From an uncultured Candidatus Rokubacteria bacterium (lineage in GTDB: Bacteria; Methylomirabilota; Methylomirabilia; Rokubacteriales; DASRDR01): DNA of 64,000 nucleotides. The notes below the pieces were generated by a model that saw only the letters and a program-made list of their open reading frames with translations, was not told the DNA's origin and did not search any database. Both the position numbers and the translations under genes were made by a program. Of this stretch, positions 47,764-59,632 are shown piece after piece. Each line of letters begins with the position of its first letter. Within the stretch, counting starts at the first letter, position 1. The stretch spans positions 224,001-288,000 of the forward strand of contig CAWDVE010000016.1 of the NCBI GenBank assembly GCA_963805625.1, in the 5' to 3' direction.

Positions 47764-48930
47764 ATGAGCCGCCTCCTCATCAAGACGGGACTCGCCGTCG
47801 TGGTGGCGCTGGCCGCCGGCCTCGGGGTAGGGATCGGGCTTCAGATCCCGGGCGTCCGCTGGCCGGGAACCCCGGCACCGCCGCCTCGCGCCACCGGACC
47901 CACGACGGCGGACATCCAGCGTGCCTTCGTGGGGGTCGCGGATCACCTCCGGCCCGCCGTCGTGAACATCGCCACGGCACACTTCCTGCGCCGCCAGCGT
48001 CCCCGGGGGGGCGCGCCCACTCCCGGCACGCCGCCGAGCCTCAAGGAGTACTTCGACCAGTACTTCGGCCAGATGCCGCCCGGGGAGCGGGAGCGCTCCG
48101 GCGTCGGGTCCGGCGTCATCATCGACACGCAGGGGCACATCCTGACGAACCTCCACGTCATCAAGGGGGCGGACGAGATCACGGTCCGGTTCCAGAACAA
48201 GAAGGAGGTCGCGGGAAAGATCGTGGGCACGGATGCCACGACAGACCTGGCCGTGATCCAGATTCCCGTCGGGGAGGGAGTGGTCGCGGCGAAGCTCGGA
48301 GACTCCGACCGCATCGAGGTCGGCGAGTGGGCCATCGCGATCGGGAGCCCGTTCGGGCTCGAGCAGACGGTCACGGTTGGCGTCGTGAGCGCGACGGGCC
48401 GGTCGGAGGTCGGGATCGTCCCCAACGAGAACTTCATCCAGACCGACGCGTCCATCAATCCCGGGAATTCCGGCGGTCCGCTGCTCAACGCCCAGGGCGA
48501 GGTGATCGGCATCAACACCGCGATCCTCTCGTCCGGCCAGGGCATCGGCTTCGCCATCCCGATCAACACCGCTCAGCGGGTCGCGAACGCGCTGATCGCC
48601 CGGGGTCGAGTCCAGCGTGGCTGGCTCGGGGTGGCCCTCGAGCCCCTGAACGACGACCTGGCCCAGGCGCTCGGTGCGCCCAAGGGCAAGGGCGCGGTCG
48701 TGAAGCGAGTGCTTCCCGGCGGTCCGGCGGAGAAGGGGGGCATCCTCCCGAACGACGTCATCGTGCGATTCGGCGAGACGACCGTCGGAGACCTGCAGCA
48801 TCTCCAGCGCCTCGTTCTGGACGCTCCGGTCGAGCGCCCGGTCAGCCTCCGCGTCCTGCGGCAGGGCAAGGAGGTGCAGGTGTCCGTCACGATCTCCGAG
48901 GCGCCGGCCGAGCGCCCCGGGGCGTCCTGA
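47764..48930 (+). CDS. HtrA/DegS-like serine protease with one PDZ domain
   Basis: GSGVI, TNLHV, DLAV, TDASINPGNSGGPL, PDZ GPA..GI..DVI. Confidence 0.93.
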   Translation: MSRLLIKTGLAVVVALAAGLGVGIGLQIPGVRWPGTPAPPPRATGPTTADIQRAFVGVADHLRPAVVNIATAHFLRRQRPRGGAPTPGTPPSLKEYFDQYFGQMPPGERERSGVGSGVIIDTQGHILTNLHVIKGADEITVRFQNKKEVAGKIVGTDATTDLAVIQIPVGEGVVAAKLGDSDRIEVGEWAIAIGSPFGLEQTVTVGVVSATGRSEVGIVPNENFIQTDASINPGNSGGPLLNAQGEVIGINTAILSSGQGIGFAIPINTAQRVANALIARGRVQRGWLGVALEPLNDDLAQALGAPKGKGAVVKRVLPGGPAEKGGILPNDVIVRFGETTVGDLQHLQRLVLDAPVERPVSLRVLRQGKEVQVSVTISEAPAERPGAS

Positions 48931-48943
48931 GGCGCCCGGCTCC

Positions 48944-49513
48944 GTGGTCCTTTCCTGGCGCCGTCTCCGTGAGCGGGCCACCCTCGTGCTTCACCTGGAC
49001 GAGGAGCCCTCGCGTCTGGCGGCGGGCATGGCGGCGGGCGTCTTCATCGGGGTCACCCCCTTCTACGGGCTCCACACGTTTCTCGCGCTCGTTGTGGCCT
49101 ACGTGTTCCGGCTCAACAAGGCGGCGACGATCACCGGGGCGTGGCTGAACCTTCCCTGGTTCGCGCCATTCGTGTACGGCTTCTGTCTCCGCTTCGGCGA
49201 GGCTGTGCTCACGGGCGACTGGAGCGGCTTCTCGCTCGCGAGTGTCCACGGGCTGGCCGAGTCCGCGGGCGCGTACCTCCGCGCGGGCCCCCGCGAGACC
49301 GCCGACAATCTCTGGCAGCTCGTGTGGAGCATGCTCTTCGTCGCCTCGAAGCCCTTGTTCGTGGGGACGACCATCGTGGGTTTCGCCCTCGCGATCGCAG
49401 CGTACTTCATCACGCTTGAGGCCGTGCGGGACGTCCGCCGGCTCCGGGCCCGAATCCACCCGGTCCACGGGCCCCCGGGGCGGCCACCCCGGGAGACCGA
49501 GCGGACACCCTGA
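48944..49513 (+). CDS. DUF2062 family membrane protein
   Basis: P..LA.G.A.G.F.G..P..G, RLN, N.P motifs. Confidence 0.78.
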   Translation: MVLSWRRLRERATLVLHLDEEPSRLAAGMAAGVFIGVTPFYGLHTFLALVVAYVFRLNKAATITGAWLNLPWFAPFVYGFCLRFGEAVLTGDWSGFSLASVHGLAESAGAYLRAGPRETADNLWQLVWSMLFVASKPLFVGTTIVGFALAIAAYFITLEAVRDVRRLRARIHPVHGPPGRPPRETERTP

Positions 49514-50445
49514 TGCCGGCCTTCCGGTCCCTCCTCGAGGCGCTGTCCCTCCTGGCGGCGCGGACGCTCTCCCTGGGCGAGGACGCGGCCCACGTCCTCG
49601 CCCGGATCGTGGCCATTGCGGGCGCGGTGCTCGTCGGCTGGGCGGGCTACCACCTGGTCACGATTGTGATCCGCCGCCTCCTCGAGCCGCTCGTGGGGAC
49701 GACGGACTATCCGGCCCGCGCCCAGCGCGCCCGGACCCTGGGCCCACTGCTCACGAGCACGGCTCGCTACATGGTGGCGTTCCTGGTCGCTGTCGTTGTC
49801 CTGCAGCAGATCGGCATCGACGTGCGGGCGCTTCTCGTGTCGGCGGGGGTGCTGGGTGTCGCGATCGGGCTCGGGGCGCAGAGCCTCATCCGCGACGTCA
49901 TCATGGGGTTCTTCATCCTCCTCGAGAACCTGATCGCGGTCGGCGACGTGATCGAGGTCGGCCAGCACACGGGCGTGGTCGAGTCGGTCGGGCTGCGCGT
50001 CACCAAGATCCGGAAGTTCTCGGGCGAGCTCCGCATCATCCCGAACGGAGAGTTGACCGCGTTCGGCCATCACACCGCTGGGTGGGCCCGCCTGGTCGTC
50101 GAGGTGTCGATCGACTACGAGGAGGACGTGGATCGGGCGCTCCGGGTGCTGGGCGAGGTCGGCAAGGCCCTCGCGGGAGCGCACCCGGCGATGGTCCTGG
50201 AGCCGCCGACCGCCGAGGGCATCTTGCGGTTCGGTCAGAGCGGCGCGGCCGAGGCGGTCCTGCGCCTCTACGCCCGCATCGTCGCGCTCGAGAAGGCCCC
50301 GCTCGAGTTCGAGGCGCGCCGGCGCGTGAAGGAAGCCTTCGCCGCGCATGGCATCCGGACCCCGCGCGCTGCCATGGAGGTCCACCTCACCCCGCCGTCC
50401 GGCGGCGCAAGCGTCGAGGACAATCGAAAGGAGTCGGTCGCATGA
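49513..50445 (+). CDS. Small-conductance mechanosensitive channel family
   Basis: G.AIGLGAQ.LIRD...GF, VGD.I, G.VE..GLR.T, IPNG. Confidence 0.9.
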   Translation: MPAFRSLLEALSLLAARTLSLGEDAAHVLARIVAIAGAVLVGWAGYHLVTIVIRRLLEPLVGTTDYPARAQRARTLGPLLTSTARYMVAFLVAVVVLQQIGIDVRALLVSAGVLGVAIGLGAQSLIRDVIMGFFILLENLIAVGDVIEVGQHTGVVESVGLRVTKIRKFSGELRIIPNGELTAFGHHTAGWARLVVEVSIDYEEDVDRALRVLGEVGKALAGAHPAMVLEPPTAEGILRFGQSGAAEAVLRLYARIVALEKAPLEFEARRRVKEAFAAHGIRTPRAAMEVHLTPPSGGASVEDNRKESVA

Positions 50446-51305
50446 GGGTCCGCACCGCCGTGTTCCCCGCCGCGGGTCTCGGCACCCGCTTCCTGCCTGC
50501 GACGAAGGCCCAGCCCAAGGAGATGCTGCCCCTCGTCGACAAGCCCATGATCCAGTACGTCGTCGAGGAGGCGGTGGCTGCTGGGCTCGACCGCGTCTGC
50601 ATCGTGACCGGGCGCGGTAAGCGCGCCATCGAGGACCACTTCGACTCGGCCGTCGAGCTGGAGTTCTACCTGCAAGAGCGGGGGAAGTGGGAGGAGCTGG
50701 CCCAGATCAAGACGATCTCGGACCTGGCGTCGGTGTCCTACGTCCGCCAGAAGGAGCCGCTCGGCCTGGGTCACGCCATCCTGTGCGCGCAACCCCTGGT
50801 CGGCGACGAACCGTTCGCAGTGTTTCTCGGCGACGACATCATCGTGTCCGACCCGCCCTGCATCGCGCAGCTCCTCGCCGTGTTCGAGCAGCACGGCGAC
50901 CCCGTCCTGGCCGTGAAGCAGGTGCCCGCGTCGCAGCTATCGCGATACGGCGTGATCCGGGGGACGCCGATCGGCGAGAACGTCTACCTGGTGGATGACC
51001 TGGTCGAGAAGCCGGCCCCCGAGGCGGCGCCCTCGGACCTGGCGATCATCGGCCGGTATGTGCTCACCCCCGACATCTTTCCCATCCTCGCCGAGACGCC
51101 TCCCGACCACCGCGGGGAGATCCAGCTCACCGATGCCCTCCGCCGCCTCCGGGCCCGGCGGCCCCTGTACGCGGTCCGCTTCACCGGGCACCACTTCGAC
51201 ACGGGCGAGAAGCTGGGCTTCCTCAAGGCCACGGTGGACATGGCGCTCACCCGCCCCGACCTCGGGGACGCCTTCCGCGAGTATCTCCGCGGGGTCAAGC
51301 TCTAG
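50442..51305 (+). CDS. galU: UTP-glucose-1-phosphate uridylyltransferase
   Basis: PAAGLGTRFLPATKAQPKEMLPLVDKP, VEKP, GEIQLTDA. Confidence 0.96.
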   Translation: MRVRTAVFPAAGLGTRFLPATKAQPKEMLPLVDKPMIQYVVEEAVAAGLDRVCIVTGRGKRAIEDHFDSAVELEFYLQERGKWEELAQIKTISDLASVSYVRQKEPLGLGHAILCAQPLVGDEPFAVFLGDDIIVSDPPCIAQLLAVFEQHGDPVLAVKQVPASQLSRYGVIRGTPIGENVYLVDDLVEKPAPEAAPSDLAIIGRYVLTPDIFPILAETPPDHRGEIQLTDALRRLRARRPLYAVRFTGHHFDTGEKLGFLKATVDMALTRPDLGDAFREYLRGVKL

Positions 51306-51691
51306 CGCGTCGGCCGGCGTCTACCCGAGCGGGCAGGGTCGTCGGCCTCTCGATGACGCTGCCCGAAACGCCCCGGGAACCGTCGAGAAGCGAGCGTCTG
51401 GCCCGGTTTTGGGCGCTGCCCGGGGTGGAGGCACCGTTGGCAGACCTAGCTCCTGGGGCCCGCGACCTTGCTGCGGCCGGGCGGGGTCTGCTAGACTTTT
51501 GTCTACCTTTTCACTACATACGGTCAACAGTGAACCCCTTCACGGCCCGGTTCCCCCACCTCTCCCTCGCCCCGGCGCCCTTCGGCGATGGGGAGGGACC
51601 TCTGTGGCCGTCGGCGGCCGCCGAGCGCGCCAGGGGACGCATCCGGGCCGCGTGCCCCTGTCTCGGCCGGGCGCGTTGAGCCGTTCCGACG

Positions 51692-52900
51692 ATGCCTGAC
51701 AAACGTCCGTTCCACCTCGCCACCCACCAGGAGATCAAGTCGGGGGAGGTCACCGACGTCTACTTCAACCGTACGGTCCAGATCCTCCGGGCGCGGGACA
51801 ACCGGGCGCGCGTCAAGGCCGAAGTGTACCTGAAGAGCCTGCCCGGTGACTGGGGCTGGGGCATCCTCGCGGGGATCGAGGAGGCGGCGCACCTCCTGGA
51901 GGGGCTGCCGATCGACGTGACCGCCATGGACGAGGGGACCGTGTTCGGCGCCTACCAGCCCATCCTCACCGTCGAAGGCGTGTACGTGGACTGGGCCGAG
52001 TACGAGACGGCGCTCCTCGGGCTCCTCTGCCAGGCCTCGGGGATCGCCACCAAGTCGGCTCGCTGCAAGAAGGCGGCGGGCGAGCGTCAGGTCATCAGCT
52101 TCGGCGCGCGCCGGATGCACCCCGGGCTCGCCCCGATGATCGAGCGGAACGCATTCGTCGGGGGGTGCGACGGCGTGGCGGTGACGAAGTCGGCCGAGCT
52201 CATCGACGCCGATCCCATGGGCACGATCCCCCACGCGCTGGTCCTGGTGATCGGGGATACCGTGGAGGCGCTCCGGGCGTTCCACGACGTGGTCGATCCG
52301 AAGGTCCGCCGGGTGGCGCTGATCGACACCCTCCAGGACGAGAAGTTCGAGGCGATCCGGGTGGCCGAGGCGCTCGGCCGGGACCTCTACGCGGTCCGGC
52401 TCGACACCCCGTCCTCGCGGCGGGGCGACTTCTACCGCATCCTCGAGGAGGTCCGCTGGGAGCTCGACTACCGCGGGTTCGAGCACGTGCGGATCATCGC
52501 TACCGGCGGGATCGATGAGTACCAGATGCCGCGGCTCAATCCCCTGGTGGACGCCTACGGGGTGGGGACGGCCATCGCGAACGCCCCTGTGCTCAACTTC
52601 GGGCTCGACATCATGGAGATCGACGGCCAGCCAATCGCCAAGCGGGGCAAGCATTCCGGCTCGAAGCGGGTGCTGCGCTGCCGTGCCTGCGACAAGACCA
52701 TCGTCGTGGCCGCCCACAAGCCGGTCGACCGATGCCCGTGCGGGGGGTCGTACGAGGACCTGCTGAAGCCCTTGATTCGTGGCGGGCGCGTCGCGCGCGA
52801 CCTGCCGCCGCCCCGCACTCTCCGCGAGCACGTCCTCGAGCAGCTCCGGCGCATCCCGCTCGAGTTGCCGGGGGCCGGCGGACTCCGCGGCGACTTCTGA
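51692..52900 (+). CDS. pncB: Nicotinate phosphoribosyltransferase (archaeal-like, C-terminal Cys cluster)
   Basis: TDVYF, SFGARR, GT.PH, IDT, VRLDTP, GVGT, AKRGK; CRAC...CPCG. Confidence 0.85.
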   Translation: MPDKRPFHLATHQEIKSGEVTDVYFNRTVQILRARDNRARVKAEVYLKSLPGDWGWGILAGIEEAAHLLEGLPIDVTAMDEGTVFGAYQPILTVEGVYVDWAEYETALLGLLCQASGIATKSARCKKAAGERQVISFGARRMHPGLAPMIERNAFVGGCDGVAVTKSAELIDADPMGTIPHALVLVIGDTVEALRAFHDVVDPKVRRVALIDTLQDEKFEAIRVAEALGRDLYAVRLDTPSSRRGDFYRILEEVRWELDYRGFEHVRIIATGGIDEYQMPRLNPLVDAYGVGTAIANAPVLNFGLDIMEIDGQPIAKRGKHSGSKRVLRCRACDKTIVVAAHKPVDRCPCGGSYEDLLKPLIRGGRVARDLPPPRTLREHVLEQLRRIPLELPGAGGLRGDF

Positions 52901-52913
52901 GCGAATCGATGCC

Positions 52914-53696
52914 ATGGGCCTCCTGGACGAGATCGTCGCCCGCAAGCGTGTCGACGTCGCCGCCCGCCGGGCCGCCGTCCCGCGCGGCGCGCTCGCCGCG
53001 CGCGCCGCGACGCTCGCACCCCCGCGGAGTCTCGCCGCGGCGCTGACCCCGCGCGCGGCGGGCGAGGTGCGGATCCTCGCCGAGCTCAAGCGCGCGTCCC
53101 CGGTCAAGGGCATCCTCGCCGATGGATTCGATCCCGTCGCCCGCGCGCCGGAGTACGTCGGGGGCGGGGCTGCGGCCCTCTCCGTGCTCACCGACCCCAA
53201 CTTCCAGGGCAGCCTCGACGACCTGGACACGGTCCGGGCCCGTGTGGACTGTCCGGTGCTCGAGAAGGACTTCGTGATCGACGAGTACCAGCTGTGGGAG
53301 GCGCGGGCCCACGGCGCCGACGCCATCCTGCTCATCGTGGCGATCCTCGAGCCGGATCGCCTCGCCGACCTCTTCCACGGGGCGAAGGGGCTCGGGCTCT
53401 CGGCGCTCGTGGAGGTCCACCGGGAGGCCGAGCTCGACCGTGCGGCGGATTTGGGCGCCGGCCTCATCGGGCTCAACAACCGGGACCTCACGACCTTCCG
53501 GACCGATCTGGCGACCACGGAGCGCCTCGCGCCCCGCGCGCCCGCCGGCGCATGCGTCGTCTCCGAGAGCGGGATCGCGACGCGCGCCGATGTCCTGCGC
53601 GTCCGGGCTGCCGGCGCCCACGCGGTCCTTGTCGGCGAGTCCCTGTCGCGGAGCGGCGATCCTGCCGGGAAGCTCCGGGAGCTGCTGGGGTCATGA
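52914..53696 (+). CDS. trpC: Indole-3-glycerol phosphate synthase
   Basis: AELKRASP.KG, SVLTD..FQG, KDF, NNRDL, ESGI. Confidence 0.95.
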   Translation: MGLLDEIVARKRVDVAARRAAVPRGALAARAATLAPPRSLAAALTPRAAGEVRILAELKRASPVKGILADGFDPVARAPEYVGGGAAALSVLTDPNFQGSLDDLDTVRARVDCPVLEKDFVIDEYQLWEARAHGADAILLIVAILEPDRLADLFHGAKGLGLSALVEVHREAELDRAADLGAGLIGLNNRDLTTFRTDLATTERLAPRAPAGACVVSESGIATRADVLRVRAAGAHAVLVGESLSRSGDPAGKLRELLGS

Positions 53697-54349
53697 GCTA
53701 CCTGCGCGTCAAGATCTGCGGGATCACCTCCCTCGACGATGCCCTCTGGGCGGTGGAGGCGGGCGCCGACGCCGTCGGGCTCATCTTCGTGGAGGGCACG
53801 CCGCGCTACGTCACGCCCGCCGCCGCCGCGGCGATCGTGGCGGGGTTGCCGCCGCTCGTGTGTCCGGTGGGGGTCTTCTGGGACCATGCGCTGGTTCACG
53901 TGGGCGCCGTGGTTGCCGAGTGCGGGCTCGGCGCCGTGCAGCTCCACGGCGCGGAGCCTCCCGAGATCGTGGCGGGGATGCCGCGGCCCGTGCTGAAGAC
54001 GATCAAGATCCGGGAGGCGGGCGATCTCGCCCAGCTCGACCGCTACAAGCCCGCCGCGTTCCTCCTGGACAGCCCGGTGCGTTGGAGCGAGGGCGAGGTG
54101 CGGGTTCCGATCTCCTGGACGCTCGCTCGCGAGGCGACGGCGCGGGGGCGGGTGATTCTGTCGGCGGGGCTCACGCCCGAGACGGTGGGCGAGGCCGTCC
54201 GCGTGGCGCGGCCGTGGGGCGTCGACGTCAACTCCGGCGTCGAGGCCATGCCGGGCCGGAAGGATCCGGCCAAGGTCGCGCGGTTCATCCGTGCGGCGCG
54301 CGCGGCCGCCGCCCGGCTGGACGAGGCTGGCGAGGGTGGCGGTGGGTAA
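53693..54349 (+). CDS. trpF: Phosphoribosylanthranilate isomerase
   Basis: [29 protein letters not shown]. Confidence 0.95.
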   Translation: MSYLRVKICGITSLDDALWAVEAGADAVGLIFVEGTPRYVTPAAAAAIVAGLPPLVCPVGVFWDHALVHVGAVVAECGLGAVQLHGAEPPEIVAGMPRPVLKTIKIREAGDLAQLDRYKPAAFLLDSPVRWSEGEVRVPISWTLAREATARGRVILSAGLTPETVGEAVRVARPWGVDVNSGVEAMPGRKDPAKVARFIRAARAAAARLDEAGEGGGG

Positions 54350-55583
54350 TCAGCCCAAGCGGCCGCGCCTGCCCGATCGCACCGGGCACTTCGGGGTCTT
54401 CGGCGGTCGCTACGTGCCGGAGACCCTCATGACGCCGCTCCTCGAGCTGGAGACGGCGTATCGCGAAGCGCGGCGCGATCCGGCCTTCCGGGAGCGGGTC
54501 GCCCAGCTCTCACGGGAGTACGTCGGCCGCCCGACGCCGCTCACGTTCGCCGAGCGGCTCACCGAGCACGCGGGGGGGGCGCGCATCTACCTCAAGCGCG
54601 AGGACCTCTGCCACACGGGCGCCCACAAGATCAACAACACGCTCGGGCAGGGCCTCCTCGCGGCGCGCATGGCGAAGCCCCGGGTCATCGCAGAGACCGG
54701 AGCCGGGCAGCACGGTGTCGCGACGGCGACCATCACGGCCCTCCTCGGCCTCGAGTGCGAGGTCTACATGGGCGAGGAGGACACGCGGCGCCAGGCCCTC
54801 AACGTGTTCCGGATGGAGCTCCTCGGCGCGCGCGTGATCCCCGTGCGCTCGGGCAGCGGGACCCTCAAGGACGCGATGAACGAGGCGCTCCGGGACTGGG
54901 TCACCAACGTCCGGACGACCTACTACTGCATCGGGTCCACCGCCGGCCCGCACCCGTACCCGATGATGGTCCGCGACTTCCAGTCGGTGATCGGACGTGA
55001 GGTGCGACGGCAGCTCCGCGGCCTTCCGGATGTGCTCGTGGCCTGCGTGGGCGGAGGGTCCAACGCGCTCGGCCTCTTCTACCCGTTCCTCGGCGACCGC
55101 GAGGTCCGCCTGGTCGGCGTGGAGGCGGCAGGGGCGGGGCTCCGGAGCGGTCGTCACGCGGCGCCGCTCTCGGCGGGCATGCCGGGCGTGCTTCACGGCA
55201 GCCTGTCCTACGTGATCCAGGACGAGGACGGCCAGATCCTGCCCGCCCACTCCATCTCGGCGGGGCTCGACTACCCGGGCGTTGGCCCCGAGCACTCCTG
55301 GCTGAAGGACACCGGCCGCGCCGAGTACGTTGCGGTGACCGACGAGGAGGCGCTCGAGGCCCTGGGCCTCCTCACGCGGCTCGAGGGCATCATCCCGGCG
55401 CTCGAGTCGGCCCATGCCGTGGCCCACGCCGTCCGCCTTGCCGCCACGCTGCCGCGCGAGGCTCGTTTGGTCATCGGGCTCTCGGGCCGCGGCGACAAGG
55501 ACGTCGACACCGTTCGCGCCGCCCGGGCCGCCGCGCACGGCGGGGCTGGCCGGAAGACCGGGGAGCACCGTGTCGCGCATTGA
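54342..55583 (+). CDS. trpB: Tryptophan synthase beta chain
   Basis: [41 protein letters not shown]. Confidence 0.97.
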   Translation: MGNQPKRPRLPDRTGHFGVFGGRYVPETLMTPLLELETAYREARRDPAFRERVAQLSREYVGRPTPLTFAERLTEHAGGARIYLKREDLCHTGAHKINNTLGQGLLAARMAKPRVIAETGAGQHGVATATITALLGLECEVYMGEEDTRRQALNVFRMELLGARVIPVRSGSGTLKDAMNEALRDWVTNVRTTYYCIGSTAGPHPYPMMVRDFQSVIGREVRRQLRGLPDVLVACVGGGSNALGLFYPFLGDREVRLVGVEAAGAGLRSGRHAAPLSAGMPGVLHGSLSYVIQDEDGQILPAHSISAGLDYPGVGPEHSWLKDTGRAEYVAVTDEEALEALGLLTRLEGIIPALESAHAVAHAVRLAATLPREARLVIGLSGRGDKDVDTVRAARAAAHGGAGRKTGEHRVAH

Positions 55584-56400
55584 CGAGGCGTTCGCCCGCC
55601 TCCGCCGCCGGGGCGAGCGCGCGCTCGTCCCGTACTTCTGTGCCGGAGACCCGAATCTCGAGGTGACCGCCCGGCTGGTCGAGGAGGCGGACGCCCGCGG
55701 CGCGGATGTGATCGAGGTGGGCCTGCCCTTCTCCGATCCCCTGGCGGACGGCCCGACGATCCAGCGGGCCGCCGTCCGCGCGCTCGAGCGGGGGACGAGC
55801 CTTTACCGGCTCCTGCCCGTGCTCGCGGGGGTTACCGGCCGGATCCGAGCGCCGCTGGTCGTCATGACCTACCTCAACCCGCTCTACCGGTACGGGTTCG
55901 ACCGGGTGACGCACGATCTCGCGAAGGCGGGGGTGGCGGGGCTGATCGTGCCCGACTGCCCGATCGACGAGAGCCGGCCGCTCGCGCGGGCGGCCGAGAC
56001 CGCGGGCCTCGACCTGGTCGCGCTCGCGGCGCCGACGAGCGGGCCGGAGCGGCTCCGCCGGATCGCGCGCGCGAGCCGCGGGTTCGTCTACCTGGTCCCG
56101 CTCACGGGGATCACGGGCGAGCGGACGGAGGTGCCGGCGGAGCTCGTGCGGCTCGTGCGGGACCTCCGAAGCGTCACGACCAAGCCCATCGGCGTCGGCT
56201 TCGGGATCTCGACACCCGCCCAGGTGGCCGCGGTCGTCCAGCACGCCGACGGCGCCATCGTTGGCAGCGCTATCGTCCGGCTGGTGGAGCGTCTGGCCGA
56301 GGATCCCGCGCTGGTGACGAAGGTCGGGGACTTCATCGCCCGCCTCAAGGCCGCCACGCGCGCCGCGACCGCCGGCAACGGCGGTGGTCCGGTGGAGTAG
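55570..56400 (+). CDS. trpA: Tryptophan synthase alpha chain
   Basis: [31 protein letters not shown]. Confidence 0.96.
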   Translation: MSRIDEAFARLRRRGERALVPYFCAGDPNLEVTARLVEEADARGADVIEVGLPFSDPLADGPTIQRAAVRALERGTSLYRLLPVLAGVTGRIRAPLVVMTYLNPLYRYGFDRVTHDLAKAGVAGLIVPDCPIDESRPLARAAETAGLDLVALAAPTSGPERLRRIARASRGFVYLVPLTGITGERTEVPAELVRLVRDLRSVTTKPIGVGFGISTPAQVAAVVQHADGAIVGSAIVRLVERLAEDPALVTKVGDFIARLKAATRAATAGNGGGPVE

Positions 56401-56410
56401 GGGCACCGCC

Positions 56411-57258
<848 letters not shown>

Positions 57259-57262
<4 letters not shown>

Positions 57263-58560
57263 CCGCTCCCCTCGAGCGGCTCCTGGGCCTCGCGCGCTGG
57301 GAGCGCGCGGGGATGCGGCTCGGGCTCGATCGCATCGAGGCGCTCCTCGCCGCGCTCGACCACCCGGAGGCAGCGCTCCGCATCGTTCACATCGGCGGAA
57401 CCAACGGGAAGGGCTCGGTCGCCGCGCTGACGGCGGCGATCCTCCGGGCGGCGGGACTCCGCACGGGCCTCTACACCTCGCCTCACCTGCTCGAGGTGAT
57501 GGAGCGGGTTCGCATCGATGGCCTCGCGGTGCCGCGGGAGGTCCTGGCCCGCCACGCCGCACGGATCGAGCCCGCGCTCGACACCGGCGCGGCCACGTTC
57601 TTCGAGGCGATGACGGCCGTGGCGCTGGCGGTGTTCCAGGAAGCCGGCGTCGAGGCGGCTGTCCTCGAGGTGGGGCTCGGGGGCCGCTGGGACGCAACGA
57701 ACGTGGGCCACCCGCTCGTGTCGGTGGTGACGCGGATCGACTACGACCACCAGGAGTTTCTCGGTCGCCGGCTCGAGGACATCGCCGGCGAGAAGGCCGG
57801 CATCATCCGGGGCGGCACGGCGGTGTCGGCGGCCCAGGCGCCGGAGGCCATGACGGTCATCGAGGCGCGGTGCCGGGCCGTCGGGGTTCCCCTCCTCGTG
57901 GAGGGACGCGAGCTCGCGGTCGAGACGCTTGCGAGCGATCTCGAGGGCCACCGGCTCCGCCTCCGCGGCCCGGGCTTCAGCTACGACGATGTCCGGCTCG
58001 CGCTGCCCGGGCTCTTCCAGCCCGGCAATGCCGTGCTCGCGGTCGGGGCGGTCCGGGCCTTCGCGGCAGCGTCGGACCTGGCGGTCCCCGAGGCCGCCGT
58101 GCGGGCCGGGTGCGCGGACGTGCGGTGGCCGGGGCGCTTCCAGGTCATCGCCGGTGCTGCGAGGCGGCCGACGCTCGTCCTCGACGGCGCTCACAACCCG
58201 GCCGGTGCCGCGGCGTTGGCCGTCTCGCTCGGCTACCACTTTGCCGGGCGCCGGCTCGCGCTGGTGCTCGGCGTCTCGGCGGACAAGGACCGGGTCGGGA
58301 TCCTGAAGGCACTGGCGCCGCTGGCGTCCCGGATCTACCTCGCCCCCGCAGACCACCCGCGGGCGACGCCACCAAAGGAGCTCCTCGACCAGCTGCCGCC
58401 GGTGGAGGCGGACGTCGTGCTCACCTCGGGCTCCGAGGAGGCCCTCGAGCGGGCGCTCGGTGAGCCTGGGATCGACGTGGTCTGCGTTGCGGGCTCGCTC
58501 TTTCTCGTGGCGGACGCCCTCCGCTGGCTCGGCGCCCGTGGCCTCGTCGCCGCCGTCTGA
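57259..58560 (+). CDS. folC: Folylpolyglutamate synthase/dihydrofolate synthase
   Basis: GTNGKGS, TSPHL, EVGLGGR.DATN, EKAGI, WPGR, DGAHNP. Confidence 0.95.
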
Positions 58561-59632
58561 GGCCGTCCCGGCGAGCCCGGGGCCGGGGCGCGGACCGGCT
58601 CCGTCCGCCGTCGCCACCGAGTACCGCGTCGGCACCGCGTCCTGGCTCGACCAGTCGTTGATCGCCTCCGGGCGCTTCTACCCACGGCCCGCGATGTCGG
58701 CCGAGGACCGGCTCCGCTGGTACGCGCGCTTCTTCGACTGCGTCGAGGTCAACTCCACCTACTACGCGCTGCCCTCGCCGCGGAACGCGGCGCTCTGGGC
58801 GGAGCGCACGCCCCCGGGCTTTCTCTTCCACGTCAAGGCCTACAGCCTCATGACAGGCCACCACCCGCGCCTCGATACCCTTCCGCCCGAGGTTCGCCTT
58901 ATGCTGCCGGAGGATGTCCCGTTGCGGCGCCACGGCGAGCTCGACCGCGAGCGGATCCCACCCGAGGCGCTCGATCGCTGCTTCGAGCTCTTCCGGGCGG
59001 CGCTCGAGCCGCTGGCGGCGGCCGGCAAGCTGGGTTACGTCCTCTTCCAGCTCGCGCCTTGGGTCCGCTACGAGGAGGCAACGCTGGCCTACCTCGCCTC
59101 GCTGCCCGCGCGCCTTCCGGGCTTCACGCTGGCGGTGGAGGTCCGGAACGAGACGTGGATCCCGGAGCGGACGGACGAGGTCGTCGCGTTCCTCGAGCGG
59201 CACGGCCTCGTCCTCGCGACGGTCGACGCCGTGTGGCAGCCGTGGGTGGAGGCGGCGACGACGGCCGAGTGGTCCGTGCTCCGGCTTCACGGCCGGAACC
59301 TCCGGGGCTGGCTCGAGCAGCGCGCCGGCCGCGAGCCGACGGTGGCCGAGAAGTACGACTATCTGTACGGTGCAGAGGAGCTCGGGGAGCTCGCCGGCCG
59401 CGCCCGGCGCCTGCACCGCCACACCCACCGCGTCGCGGTGACCTTCAACAACAACAACGAGGATTTTCCCACGCAGAACGCCCTCGACCTGAAGCGGCTG
59501 CTCGGGCTGGACGCGCCGACCGTCGCCGCCGTGCGCGCCGCGTGGCGGCCGGCGCGGCGGCGGTCGTCGCCTAGCGCGCCCCTGCCGGAGCCGGAGCTTT
59601 GGGAAGACGAGGCGAAGAGGAGGCAGCCGTGA
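58538..59632 (+). CDS. DUF72 (YecE-like) family protein
   Basis: GTASW, VEVNSTYY..P, F.VKA, LFQ, E.R...W, RLHGRN, Y.Y...EL, FNN; start uncertain. Confidence 0.88.
   Translation: MASSPPSEAVPASPGPGRGPAPSAVATEYRVGTASWLDQSLIASGRFYPRPAMSAEDRLRWYARFFDCVEVNSTYYALPSPRNAALWAERTPPGFLFHVKAYSLMTGHHPRLDTLPPEVRLMLPEDVPLRRHGELDRERIPPEALDRCFELFRAALEPLAAAGKLGYVLFQLAPWVRYEEATLAYLASLPARLPGFTLAVEVRNETWIPERTDEVVAFLERHGLVLATVDAVWQPWVEAATTAEWSVLRLHGRNLRGWLEQRAGREPTVAEKYDYLYGAEELGELAGRARRLHRHTHRVAVTFNNNNEDFPTQNALDLKRLLGLDAPTVAAVRAAWRPARRRSSPSAPLPEPELWEDEAKRRQP

Noticed and set aside
51353-51679. 108-aa ORF as a trp leader peptide or gene
   Set aside because: No tandem Trp codons, no RBS or recognisable motif, and it crosses a promoter-like AT-rich tract.
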